Below, one piece after another: positions 34,455-44,280 of a stretch of 64,000 nt of DNA. The notes beneath the pieces are model-generated. The model ran no database searches. It saw only the letters and a program-made list of their open reading frames with translations, and was not told the DNA's origin. The position numbers were made by a program, and so were the translations under genes. Source of the stretch: Nannocystis bainbridge (GTDB lineage Bacteria > Myxococcota_A > Polyangia > Nannocystales > Nannocystaceae); NCBI RefSeq assembly GCF_028368995.1, contig NZ_JAQNDL010000001.1:4064001-4128000 (forward strand), written 5' to 3'. Numbering within the stretch: position 1 is the first letter of the stretch; each line of letters starts with the position of its first letter.

Positions 34455-35315
34455 CTATGATTTGTCGCCGTCGCGGCTGAGCGCGCGTCGCCAGCGGTGC
34501 AGCCGCGCCTCGTCGACGAACAGCACGAAGAACGCGCACATCTGCAGCGCGAAGAACATCAGCTCGCGCATGGTCAGGGCGATGGTGAGGAACATGCCGA
34601 AGCCCATCGCGTAGCCGAGCGGTCGCAGACGGCGGACCATGAACAGCAGCGGCGCCGCCAGCTCGAACGCCAGCGCCAGGTGCTGCAGCCCGGCCCATAT
34701 CGGCAGCGACACGTTGCGTACCATCCACGCCGCCGTGTCGGTCATGAAGTTGACCTGCACCTGATGCCACAGCGTATCGCCGTGGGCCAGCCAATCACCG
34801 TACCTGACCTTGCAGATGCCCGCCCCGAACAGCTGCACGATCAGCGTGAACTGCAGCGCCCGCAGCGGCCACGCCGAGCGGATCGTCGGCCGGCCCGCGG
34901 CGTCCTCGACGATCGGCGGCGCGAGGGCCAGGATCAACAGGCCGCCGAGGAAGATCTTGTTGATCGTGAACGCGGCCAGGCGGTCGGCGCCGGTGACATA
35001 GGCAGTACCGAGCAGGACCGGCCAGATCGCCAGGCGCGGCTTGAAGCCGAGGATGAGCGCCACGATCGCCGCGAAGTAGGCCACACCGAACCACGGCAGC
35101 GCCGCCTCCGGCAGCAGCGGCACCGCCTGCTGGAAGCCCACGCTCGCGCCCCCGCTCGGGTGATAGCCGACCGGCGTGAGCCACTCGGCCGCGAAGCGCC
35201 AGCGGAACGCGACGTAGTAGAGCAGCGTCGCCGCGAACAGGGCGCGGAACACCACCAGCCGCCCGGCGGCGACCGGCCCGAACACGAAATCGACAGCGCG
35301 CTGCAGCGGCTTCAC
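34455..35315 (-). CDS. HTTM-domain membrane protein
   Basis: Multi-TM; WPLRALQ..LIVQLFGAGICK...GDW, LAFELAAP pattern. Confidence 0.7.
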   Translation of the reverse strand: MKPLQRAVDFVFGPVAAGRLVVFRALFAATLLYYVAFRWRFAAEWLTPVGYHPSGGASVGFQQAVPLLPEAALPWFGVAYFAAIVALILGFKPRLAIWPVLLGTAYVTGADRLAAFTINKIFLGGLLILALAPPIVEDAAGRPTIRSAWPLRALQFTLIVQLFGAGICKVRYGDWLAHGDTLWHQVQVNFMTDTAAWMVRNVSLPIWAGLQHLALAFELAAPLLFMVRRLRPLGYAMGFGMFLTIALTMRELMFFALQMCAFFVLFVDEARLHRWRRALSRDGDKS

Positions 35316-35373
35316 GACGCCTCGACTCCCGCGGGGCGCCGATCTTTGCGCGCTACGCAACAATGCGCGGCGC

Positions 35374-35928
35374 TCATCGTCCCGGCCTCCCTGTCTCTTC
35401 GCGCAGGTCGTGGCTCGACAGCACGCGCACCGTCTGCGGCGTCGGCTCCGGCTTCTGCCAGTGGCCGACCGGCGGGCGCGCCGGGTCGATCTTCTGCGAT
35501 CCGGCGAGGAAGCGGACCGCCACCACCGGGTTTTGCTTCGGGTTCAAGGTGCGATCGCGGTCCGCGACCCAGCGGGCCAGGTCGAGGCGCGACGCCTCGT
35601 GCTTGGCGCCGAAGCGCTCCATGAAGCGGTCGAAGCGGGTGCGGTAGCCGAACGGCTCCATCGGGAACAGCGCCCGCTCGTCGACCGGCTCCCACTCGCG
35701 CCGGCCCTCGCGCAGCACCTGCATGAAGAAGTACGGCACGCTCTCGGGCCGGTGGCGGAACAGGCAGGAGATCGATCCGAGATCGCGGACGATCGTGGGC
35801 CACCAGGTCGCCGGCGCCGCCTGGATCGCCCCCTGGCCGATCGGCACCAGCCAGACCACGAGCACCAGCAGCGCCGCCGCGACGTCGCGCCGCAGCGGGC
35901 GCGCGGGCCCGGGCTCCGGCGCGCTCAC
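35374..35928 (-). CDS. Membrane-anchored hypothetical protein (HTTM partner)
   Basis: GTG start overlaps the upstream stop; N-terminal TM; soluble C-terminal domain. Confidence 0.6.
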   Translation of the reverse strand: MSAPEPGPARPLRRDVAAALLVLVVWLVPIGQGAIQAAPATWWPTIVRDLGSISCLFRHRPESVPYFFMQVLREGRREWEPVDERALFPMEPFGYRTRFDRFMERFGAKHEASRLDLARWVADRDRTLNPKQNPVVAVRFLAGSQKIDPARPPVGHWQKPEPTPQTVRVLSSHDLREETGRPGR

Positions 35929-37601
35929 CCCGGCAGGACCTTGCCCGGGTTGCACGTGTGCCTGGGATCGAGGCTGTCCTTGAGGCCAGTCAGGAGCGCG
36001 ACCCCGACCTCGCCCTTCTCGCGCAGCAGCCACGGCGCGTGGTCGGTGCCGACCCCGTGGTGGTGGCTGATCGTCCCGCCGCCGGCGACGATCGCGTCGG
36101 ACGCCGCGCGCTTGACCGCCAGCCACTGCTCGACCTCGGCGCCCTGCTTCTGCGGGAAGATCATCGTGAAGTACAGGCTCGCCCCGTCGACATAACCGTG
36201 GGACAGGTGGCACATGACGATCGCGCGCGCCTCGGGGTCGGCCGCGTTGTCGCGCAGGGCGTCGTGGATGGCCCTGTGGACCCCGCGATAGAGGTGGTGC
36301 AGGTCGGACCAGCGGACCGAGGTCTCGAGCGTCTCGACGGCGATCCCGCGGTCGAGCATCGGGTCGCGCATGTACGGCATGCCGAACCGCCGCGAGTACC
36401 AGCGCTCGCCGACGCGGGTGCCGAGGTGGACGCCGCCCAGCCGCTCGACGATCGCGCGGGTGCGGACCTGCGACTCGAGCACCGTCTCGCGGTCGCCCTC
36501 GAGGCCGACGATCAGCAGGCAGCGGCCCTCGCCGTAGCCGCGCCACGCCAGCGCCTGCATCGCCGCCCGCTCGAGCGCCCCCGGCGGGTGCTGGGCGGCC
36601 GAGAAGCTCTGCAGGAAGTGCGTCTCTGGCCCATCGGACAGGCGGAGCATCGCCACCGGCAGCTCCTCTTGCAGGATCGTGCGCACCGCCTTGGCCCCGG
36701 CCTCGAAGTCCTTGAAGAAGAACCCGCGGTAGTCCTTCTCGGCCGGCACGCGGTGGATCTTCACCGTCGCCGCCGTGATCACCCCGAGGATGCCCTCGCT
36801 GCCGGCGACGAACTGATTGAGGTTGGGTCCGGCCGCCGAGGCGGGGAAGCTCTCGGTCTTCCACGGCCCCTTCGGCGTCGCCAGCTCGGCCGCCACCAGC
36901 CACTTCTCGGCCCGGCCATAACGATACGACTGCTGCCCGGCCCCGCGCGCCGCGATCCACCCGCCGAGGGTCGAGAACTCGAACGACTGCGGGTAGTGGC
37001 CGAGCGTGAAGCCCTCGCGCTGCAGCGTGCGCTCGAGCTCGGGGCCGTAGATGCCGGCCTGCACGCGGGCCGTCAGCGACTCGCCGTCGATCGCCAGGAC
37101 CCGACCGAGCCGCGTCGTGTCGAGCGTCACCACCGCGCGCTGGCCGTCGCCGCGGCTGGCCGTGACGCCGCCCACCACCGACGAGCCGCCGCCGAACGGG
37201 ACCACCGCGATGCCCTCGCGGTCGCAGTGACTCACCAGCGCCTGCACCTCCTCGCCGGTGCCGGGGTAGACCACCGCGTCGGGGGCCTGCCGCAGGTCAC
37301 CTGACCGAAGGGCCAGGAGGTCGAGGTAGCTCTTGCCGCGCGAGTGAAAGGCGCGCTCGTAGCGGTCGGTCTTGACGTGGTCGGCGCCGACGAGCGCGCG
37401 CAGGGCCGCGAGGTCGGCCTCGGTCAGCGCCGGCGCGGCCAGCTCGAGCCGGTCGAGCGGCGCGGCCGGGCGGTGCGGCAGCGTCTTGCGGCCGAGCGAC
37501 TCGGCGACCCAGCGCCACACCTCGGGCTCGCGGCGACCCAGTTCGAAGCCGGCGTGGACGAAGCCCCAGCCGTTCCAGCGCAGCGCGCGGCGGTCGATCA
37601 T
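35925..37601 (-). CDS. FAD-linked oxidase, alkyl-dihydroxyacetonephosphate synthase-like
   Basis: WNGWG, PFGGGSSV, GHYPQSFEFSTLGGW, GSEG.LGVIT, HLSHGY.DGASLYF, SHHHGVG. Confidence 0.85.
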   Translation of the reverse strand: MIDRRALRWNGWGFVHAGFELGRREPEVWRWVAESLGRKTLPHRPAAPLDRLELAAPALTEADLAALRALVGADHVKTDRYERAFHSRGKSYLDLLALRSGDLRQAPDAVVYPGTGEEVQALVSHCDREGIAVVPFGGGSSVVGGVTASRGDGQRAVVTLDTTRLGRVLAIDGESLTARVQAGIYGPELERTLQREGFTLGHYPQSFEFSTLGGWIAARGAGQQSYRYGRAEKWLVAAELATPKGPWKTESFPASAAGPNLNQFVAGSEGILGVITAATVKIHRVPAEKDYRGFFFKDFEAGAKAVRTILQEELPVAMLRLSDGPETHFLQSFSAAQHPPGALERAAMQALAWRGYGEGRCLLIVGLEGDRETVLESQVRTRAIVERLGGVHLGTRVGERWYSRRFGMPYMRDPMLDRGIAVETLETSVRWSDLHHLYRGVHRAIHDALRDNAADPEARAIVMCHLSHGYVDGASLYFTMIFPQKQGAEVEQWLAVKRAASDAIVAGGGTISHHHGVGTDHAPWLLREKGEVGVALLTGLKDSLDPRHTCNPGKVLPG

Positions 37602-37631
37602 CGATCTGTCCCTTCGTACATGTGGTGACTC

Positions 37632-38579
37632 TCAATAGCGCAGGGTCAGCGCCCCGGGCAACACGGTGAAGGTCGCCGGCAACCGGCCAGGGGCCTCGCC
37701 GTCGACGTCGAGCAGGACCTCCGCCCCCGCGGCCGCGCGCGCCTCGACGCGCGTGCCCGAGAGGTGGCGGACCTTGGGCTTGCGCAGGTGCTCGCCGCGG
37801 TAGATCGCGTTCGGGTCGCGGAGGAAATCGAGCAGGCCCATGTCGTGCATCACGATCAACTCGAGCCGGCCGTCGCACGGGTCGGCCATCGGCGCCACGT
37901 GCATGCCGCCGCCGAAGTAGCGGCCGTTGCACACCGCCGCGGTGTTGACGACCAGCCTGAACTCGGGCCCGTCGTCGACCCGCATCACCACCTCGGTCGG
38001 CCGGTAGCGCAGCAGCCCGCGCACGGTCGCCGCGAAGTAAGTGAACTTGCCGCCGAGCAGCTTGGTCAGCCGCGCCTGGTTGACCTCGCGGTCGACCACG
38101 CCCGACACGCCGAAGCTGGCGATGTTGACGAAGTAGCGGGCGGCCGGCGAGCCGTCGTCGGCGACGTAGTCGATGCGGCCGACGTCGAGCGGCCTGGGCT
38201 TGCTCTCGGCGATCCGTCGCACCTGGGCGTCGACGTCGCCGGCGGCGCCGAAGCTCTTGCGGAAGTCGCCGCCGGTCCCGAGCATCAGGATCGACAGGGC
38301 CGCGCCCTCGCCGACGCGGACATCGGGCGCGCCGGGCACGGGCGGCTCGAAGAAGCCGTTGACCACCTCGTTGTTGGTGCCGTCGCCGCCACAGGCGATC
38401 ACCAGCTCGACCCCGTCGCGCAGCGCCTCGCGCGTGAGCCGGGCCGCGGCCATCGGCGCCTCGGTGAACGCGACCTCGACCGGGCCGAGCGCCGCCTGCA
38501 GCTTGGCGTGCACCTCGGGCCAGGCGCGGGCCAGGCGGCCGCGGGAGGAGTTCGGGTTGACGATCGCTCGCGCGCGCAT
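37632..38579 (-). CDS. Diacylglycerol/sphingosine kinase family lipid kinase
   Basis: IVNPNSS, GGDGTNNEVVNG, GTGGDF, NGRYFGGGM, DGE. Confidence 0.9.
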   Translation of the reverse strand: MRARAIVNPNSSRGRLARAWPEVHAKLQAALGPVEVAFTEAPMAAARLTREALRDGVELVIACGGDGTNNEVVNGFFEPPVPGAPDVRVGEGAALSILMLGTGGDFRKSFGAAGDVDAQVRRIAESKPRPLDVGRIDYVADDGSPAARYFVNIASFGVSGVVDREVNQARLTKLLGGKFTYFAATVRGLLRYRPTEVVMRVDDGPEFRLVVNTAAVCNGRYFGGGMHVAPMADPCDGRLELIVMHDMGLLDFLRDPNAIYRGEHLRKPKVRHLSGTRVEARAAAGAEVLLDVDGEAPGRLPATFTVLPGALTLRY

Positions 38580-38640
38580 TCGAGGAACCTTCGCGGCCCT
38601 GCGGCCCGACATGGAGCTTATGTCGCTTCGCCCCGGCGTG

Positions 38641-40275
38641 TCATGCCGCCGACGCGTAGCGGTCGAGCACGCGGTCGACCTGGCGCACCTGCTCCGCGCG
38701 GTCCCAGCCGCGCGCGCCGCCCATCAGCCGCGCGGCCGCCTCCAGCGCGCGCAGCCCGGGGTCGCCCAGCTGCCCGAGGCCCGTGCGGCGCAGCACCGCG
38801 TCGCCGAGCTCGATCGCCCACTCCGCCCGGCTCGCGTGCACGATCTCCGCCCCGCACTCCGGCAGCCCCGGGCGCAGCGGCGCGCCCAGCGTCGGCTCGG
38901 CCTGGATCAGCGCCAGCACCTCGCCTGCGCGCGCCCCGTAGTTGCGCCCGAGGTGGTGCAGCAGCGGCCCCGGCAGGCCCGGGTGGCGCGCCTGCAGCCC
39001 GGCCACGAACGCGCGGAAGTTGCCGATCGCCCCGCCCGGCAGCGGCGTGCGGTCGGTGGTGCAGGGCGCGCGCGGGCGGCCGAGCAGGCGCAGCGCCACG
39101 TCGACGACCTTCTCGGCCAGCGCGCGCGACGTGGTCCACTTGCCGCCGATCGCCGAGACCAGCCCGGGCACGCCATCGGTCTTGCCGTGGTCGCAGACCT
39201 CGGCGCGGCGGCTCTTCTGGTACGAGCCCGACTGCGGGCCGTCGTCGACCAGCGGGCGCAGGCCGCCGTAGCTGTGGAGCACGTCCTCGCGGCGCAGCTC
39301 GGCCGCCGGGTAGAAGCGATTGACCGTGGCGAGCAGCCCGGCGATGTCGGCCTCGGTGACGCGGAAGGCGTCCGGGTGGCCGGCGTAGACCTCGTCGGTG
39401 GTGCCGATGAGCGCGTGGTCGCGCCACGGCAGGACGAAGAAGTGGCCGGTCCCGGCCGCCATCATCAGCGCGTACTCCCGGGTCAGCTTGCGGGTGATGA
39501 TGTGGATCCCCTTCGAGCGGACCAGCTGGGTGAGCGGCTCCGACCCCAGCGTTTCGAGCATCAGGTCGGCCCACGGCCCGGTCGCGTTGACGACCACCGG
39601 CGCGCGCAGCTCGACCGAGCCGTCGCCCGGCAGGCGGCCCTCGATCTTCGCCCCGACCACCCGCGCGCCTTCGCGCACGAACCCCACCGCCTCGGCGTAG
39701 TTCACCAGCTCGGCCCCGGCCGCCGCCGCGCTGAGCAGGCACTCGAGCTCGAGCCGCTCGGGCGAGAACATCTGACAGTCGTGCAGCACCGCCCCGCCCT
39801 TCAGGCCCTCGGCCCGTAGGCTCGGCTCGGCGGCCAGCACCTCGGCGGGCTTCAGCGTGCGGTGGGCCGGCAGCCGCTGGTCGGGGTCGGGCAGGCGGTT
39901 GCGGTCCCAGGACAGCAGGTCGTAGAGGGTCAGGCCGACCCGCAGCTCGGCCAGCGAGCTGCCGGCCGCGCCGGCGTAGACCGGCAGCAGCATCGGCAGC
40001 GGGTAGACCAGGTGGGGCGCGTGCAGCTCCCACAACCGGCGCTCGCGCAGCGACTCGCGCACCAGCCCGAGCTCGAAGTTCTTGAGGTAGCGCAGCCCGC
40101 CGTGGATCAGCTTGGAGGACGCGGCCGAGGTCGCGCTGCAGAAGTCGCGCTTCTCGACCAGCGCGACCCGCAGCCCCCGCAGCGCGGCGTCACGGGCCAC
40201 GCAGGCGCCGGTGATCCCGCCGCCGAGGATCACGAGGTCGTAGTTCCGCTGGGCCAGGCGCGCGAGGCTCCGCAT
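38641..40275 (-). CDS. glpD: FAD-dependent glycerol-3-phosphate dehydrogenase/oxidase
   Basis: GGGITG..A.DAALRG, SSKLIHGGLRYL, NATGPW, IGTTD, GLRPL, GGKWTT. Confidence 0.88.
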   Translation of the reverse strand: MRSLARLAQRNYDLVILGGGITGACVARDAALRGLRVALVEKRDFCSATSAASSKLIHGGLRYLKNFELGLVRESLRERRLWELHAPHLVYPLPMLLPVYAGAAGSSLAELRVGLTLYDLLSWDRNRLPDPDQRLPAHRTLKPAEVLAAEPSLRAEGLKGGAVLHDCQMFSPERLELECLLSAAAAGAELVNYAEAVGFVREGARVVGAKIEGRLPGDGSVELRAPVVVNATGPWADLMLETLGSEPLTQLVRSKGIHIITRKLTREYALMMAAGTGHFFVLPWRDHALIGTTDEVYAGHPDAFRVTEADIAGLLATVNRFYPAAELRREDVLHSYGGLRPLVDDGPQSGSYQKSRRAEVCDHGKTDGVPGLVSAIGGKWTTSRALAEKVVDVALRLLGRPRAPCTTDRTPLPGGAIGNFRAFVAGLQARHPGLPGPLLHHLGRNYGARAGEVLALIQAEPTLGAPLRPGLPECGAEIVHASRAEWAIELGDAVLRRTGLGQLGDPGLRALEAAARLMGGARGWDRAEQVRQVDRVLDRYASAA

Positions 40276-40393
40276 GCGGGGCAAACCTACTGTCCTTCCG
40301 ACCCGGCGACCAGGGCCCTCGTGCGCATTGTCCGCGAGACGCCGTTCAGGCGGTGCCGCTGGGGCCAGCGATCGCGTATTCTCTGCCCGCCGC

Positions 40394-41371
40394 ATGCAGA
40401 GCCGACCGATCTCCGACTTTATCCGCCGCCATTACCGCCACTTCAACGCGGCGGCGCTCGTCGACGCCGCGACGGCGTACCAGGCCCACCTGGACCGCGG
40501 CGGCAGCATGCTGGTCACCCTCGCCGGCGCCATGAGCACGGCCGAGCTCGGTCTCAGCCTGGCCGAGATGATCCGCCAGGGCAAGGTCACGGCGATCAGC
40601 TGTACCGGCGCCAACCTCGAAGAGGACGTGTTCAACCTCGTCGCGCACGACCACTACGTGCGCGTCCCGCACTACCGCTCGCTCACCGCCCAGGACGAGC
40701 AGGCTCTGCTGGAGCGTCACCTCAACCGCGTCACCGACACCTGCATCCCCGAGATGGAGGCGATGCGGCGCATCGAGACCGCGGTGTTGGCCGAGTGGGA
40801 AGGCGCCGACCGCGCCGGCGAGCGCTTCTTCCCGCACCAGTTCATGTACAAGATCCTGCGCTCGGGTGTCCTGAAGGACAGCTACCAGATCGACCCGAAG
40901 GACAGCTGGCTGATGGCGGCGGCCGAGCGCGACCTGCCGATGTTCGTGCCCGGGTGGGAGGACTCGACGCTCGGCAACATGTACGCCGGCCACGTGATCG
41001 AGGGTCACGTCAAGAACGTGCACACCGTGCGCACCGGCATCGAGTACATGATGGAGCTGGCCAAGTGGTACACGGGCACCTCGGACAAGAGCTCGATCGG
41101 GTTCTTCCAGATCGGTGGTGGCATCGCCGGCGACTTCCCGATCTGCGTGGTGCCGATGCTGCACCAGGACCTGCGCCGCACCGAAGTGCCGCTGTGGGGC
41201 TATTTCTGCCAGATCAGCGACAGCACCACCAGCTATGGCTCGTACTCCGGCGCCGTGCCCAACGAGAAGATCACGTGGGGCAAGCTCGGCGTCGACACTC
41301 CCAACTTCATCATCGAGTCCGACGCGACGATCGTCGCGCCGCTCGTGTTCGCCTACGTCCTGGGCTGGTGA
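40394..41371 (+). CDS. Deoxyhypusine synthase-like protein (probable homospermidine biosynthesis)
   Basis: AGAMSTAE, TGANLEED, DSTLGN, IGGG, GSYSGA.PNEKITWGK (catalytic Lys), SDATI. Confidence 0.9.
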   Translation: MQSRPISDFIRRHYRHFNAAALVDAATAYQAHLDRGGSMLVTLAGAMSTAELGLSLAEMIRQGKVTAISCTGANLEEDVFNLVAHDHYVRVPHYRSLTAQDEQALLERHLNRVTDTCIPEMEAMRRIETAVLAEWEGADRAGERFFPHQFMYKILRSGVLKDSYQIDPKDSWLMAAAERDLPMFVPGWEDSTLGNMYAGHVIEGHVKNVHTVRTGIEYMMELAKWYTGTSDKSSIGFFQIGGGIAGDFPICVVPMLHQDLRRTEVPLWGYFCQISDSTTSYGSYSGAVPNEKITWGKLGVDTPNFIIESDATIVAPLVFAYVLGW

Positions 41372-41375
41372 CGTC

Positions 41376-42407
41376 GTGAAGCACCCGCGCATCCGCCACC
41401 CCCTGAACGAGCTGACCCAGTCGGCGGCCGAGCTCGGCTACCGCATGCCTGCCGAGTGGGAGCCGCTGTCGTCGATCTGGTTGGCGCGCCCGCACAACCC
41501 GACCACCTGGCCGGGCTGCCTGGCCGAGGCGCAGCAGCAGCACGCCGACTTCACCGCCGCCGTGCGCCGGTTCGTCCCCGTGCGCATGCTCGGCGAGTCG
41601 ATCGCGATCGTCACCGACGACGCGTGGATCCGCGACTACGGCCCGATCTTCGTCAAGCGCAAGTCCGACGGCGCGCTGGCCCTGCACGACTTCCACTTCA
41701 ACAATTGGGGCGGCAAGTACGGCGATTGTGCGAACGACGACGTCGTGCCGCAGAAGGTCGCGCTGATGCTCAGCCTGCCGCTGTGGATCCACGATTTCGT
41801 GCTCGAGGGCGGCAGCATCGAGGTCAACGGCGTCGGCACGGTCATGACCTCCGAGTCGTGCCTGTTCCACCCTGGCCGCAACGCCAGCCTCGGCCGCGCC
41901 GACATCGAGCGCGAGCTGCACGCCGCGCTCGGCACGACCCACGCGATCTGGCTGCCCGCCGGCATCGAGGGCGACGACACCGACGGCCACATCGACGACC
42001 TGGCTCGCTTCGTCAACGCCGACACGATCGCCGCCGTGCGCGCCCCGCAGGGCCACCCGGACCACGACGTGCTCGAGCGCAACTGGGAGGCCCTCACCCA
42101 GGCCCGCGACCAGAACGGCCAAAAGCTGCAGCTCGTCGAGCTCCCGGTGCCCCCGCCGATGTACTGGGACTTCCCCGCCGAGGACGACTGGCCCGGCGGC
42201 GTCCGCCAGATCCCCGCGAGCTACGCGAACTTCCTGTTCGCCAACCGCGCCGTCCTGGTCCCGACCTTCGACCAACCGACCGATTCGCAGGCGCTCAAGA
42301 TCTTCGAGCAGCTGTTCCCCGACCGCGTGATCGTGCCGGTGGCCGCGAAGTATTTGGTGGTGGGCCTCGGCTCGCTGCACTGCCTGAGCCAGCAGCAGCC
42401 GTTCTGA
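41376..42407 (+). CDS. Agmatine deiminase family protein
   Basis: MPAEWE, WIRDYGP, LEGGSI, DDTDGHIDD, ASYANF, GSLHCLSQQ. Confidence 0.9.
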   Translation: MKHPRIRHPLNELTQSAAELGYRMPAEWEPLSSIWLARPHNPTTWPGCLAEAQQQHADFTAAVRRFVPVRMLGESIAIVTDDAWIRDYGPIFVKRKSDGALALHDFHFNNWGGKYGDCANDDVVPQKVALMLSLPLWIHDFVLEGGSIEVNGVGTVMTSESCLFHPGRNASLGRADIERELHAALGTTHAIWLPAGIEGDDTDGHIDDLARFVNADTIAAVRAPQGHPDHDVLERNWEALTQARDQNGQKLQLVELPVPPPMYWDFPAEDDWPGGVRQIPASYANFLFANRAVLVPTFDQPTDSQALKIFEQLFPDRVIVPVAAKYLVVGLGSLHCLSQQQPF

Positions 42408-42504
42408 AGGCCGCTGCTGTTTAGAAGAGGAGGACGCGCGCGCGCCATGTGCCGCGCGCCTCCAAAACCCAGCAGGGCGGCGGGTCGCCCGAGAGGAGCT
42501 GACA

Positions 42505-44250
42505 GTGATCAGTGACTTGTTGCTCAACTTCCGCCACCTCGAGGGGCTCCAGCTACGGAACCTCGCCGCGGTGAACATCATCGTCGGCCCGAACAACGTC
42601 GGCAAGACGACGCTTTTCCGCGGACTCCAGGCGTTTGCGCTCACCCGGAGTAACCCCCCTGGCTCGGCTGATGGTGCGAGTTTGAACCTCGATTCAGCCA
42701 TCCCCCCTGATCAAGCTTTTGTTCTCCGCTCTGCCCACTTCCCTGACCACATCAGACATTATCGGTCAGAGTTTCACGGCAAATCCGCTCTCCCCCGCTG
42801 GGTAGGAGACGACGGGAAGATTTATGAACAAGTCGAGGACGCGGCTCGAGGGCTTGGCGGGGTAGACAACGGCTTCCTTCGATTCGTTGACGCCACCGAG
42901 CTCGGGCCGATGATTCCGATCAATCTCTCCCAAGCCAAACGCGTCGCATCTCGGATATCGGGACTGCATCGGCATTGGCTATCTCGCTCCTATCATCTTT
43001 GGCACCGCCGCAAATCTCATTATGTCGAGATGTTGGGTTCGCACCACGAGCGCCTGGATTCGGAGGCGGAACATCTGGTGGCTCGACTCGACCATGTGCT
43101 GACGGGCCTCGATGGTGGCCGATTACGTACAGACATCGACCGTTTCATGAATGCCGTGGTTCCCCATATCGGAGAGATCGGAATCAATCGCACCCGTGGT
43201 GCCAATGGGACTGAGATTTCGGTCGCCTTTCATGACGGGAATGCGGTCCGAAGTCTCAATGAACTTGGTGGTGGCGTCGAACAAGTCCTCGCCCTCGCAC
43301 TCGTGCTGCTTGCGGAACCCGATGAAGGTGCCGTGTTCATCGAGGAGCCTGAGTCACACCTCCACGAGTCCGCGCAGCGACGGCTGATCCAGCAGATCAA
43401 GGACCACCGCGGCAAGCGCCAGGTCTTCATCGCCACCCACAGCCCGATCTTCGTCAACGAGTTCCCCGGCGCCAACGTCTATCGCCTCACGCGCGATCCA
43501 ACGACGAAGAAGACCACCGCACATCCCTGCCTCTCCAAGCCGCATCAACGGGAGATCCTCGACGAGCTTGGCGTGCTCCCCAGCAGCCTCACGCAGACCA
43601 ACTGTGTGCTCTGGGTCGAGGGCCCGACGGAGGTCCGGCTCGTCACCCACTGGCTCGGCCTCGTCGCTCCGGAGCTGCTCGTCAACCAGCATTACACCTT
43701 TGCCCAGACCGGCGGCTCGAACATCCTCAGCCTCGCCGCCGACATCGCTCCTGGCCACCTCGAAGACTGGCTGCAGGATATCCGCCGCATCTGTCGTCAC
43801 AACTACTTCATCTGCGACCGCGACGCCGGCATCGGCCAGGATCCCGCCAAGGACCCTGTTCGCAACATCGCCGCGCTCGTCGGCGAAGATCACTGGATCA
43901 CCCACGGCTACGAGATCGAGTGGTACCTCCCCGACGACGCGGTCACCCACCTCTGGGGCGCAGCCGCGGCCGAGCATGTCCGTCCGGCGCGTACGAGCGC
44001 CGACCTCCCCTTCTACAATCACCTGAAGGCTTCCAAGATTCGCGGTACGGCGACAGCGGACGAGCGCAAGACGGCTCATGCCGAACGCGTCATCAAAAAA
44101 CTCATCCCGGCCGAGACATGGTTCGCCGGCCCGACAGGCCAGGACCTGCAGGCTCAGCTCGTTAAGCTCGTCGCGTTCATCCGCCGCGCCAACCAGCTCG
44201 ATGCCCCTGCCGCCACGGCTTGCGCGACCTGCGAGCGCCCGTTCCCCTGA
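42505..44250 (+). CDS. OLD-family ATP-dependent nuclease (ABC ATPase + TOPRIM)
   Basis: GPNNVGKT Walker A, LGGG signature, IEEPESHLH, ATHSP, WVEGPTE, DRD, EIE; C-terminal CxxC. Confidence 0.85.
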   Translation: MISDLLLNFRHLEGLQLRNLAAVNIIVGPNNVGKTTLFRGLQAFALTRSNPPGSADGASLNLDSAIPPDQAFVLRSAHFPDHIRHYRSEFHGKSALPRWVGDDGKIYEQVEDAARGLGGVDNGFLRFVDATELGPMIPINLSQAKRVASRISGLHRHWLSRSYHLWHRRKSHYVEMLGSHHERLDSEAEHLVARLDHVLTGLDGGRLRTDIDRFMNAVVPHIGEIGINRTRGANGTEISVAFHDGNAVRSLNELGGGVEQVLALALVLLAEPDEGAVFIEEPESHLHESAQRRLIQQIKDHRGKRQVFIATHSPIFVNEFPGANVYRLTRDPTTKKTTAHPCLSKPHQREILDELGVLPSSLTQTNCVLWVEGPTEVRLVTHWLGLVAPELLVNQHYTFAQTGGSNILSLAADIAPGHLEDWLQDIRRICRHNYFICDRDAGIGQDPAKDPVRNIAALVGEDHWITHGYEIEWYLPDDAVTHLWGAAAAEHVRPARTSADLPFYNHLKASKIRGTATADERKTAHAERVIKKLIPAETWFAGPTGQDLQAQLVKLVAFIRRANQLDAPAATACATCERPFP

Positions 44251-44280
44251 AGTCATCCGACCCTCGAAGAAGCAAGCCTC

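Noticed and set aside
42505-44250. Gabija or retron system call
   Set aside because: No GajB-like helicase or reverse transcriptase nearby
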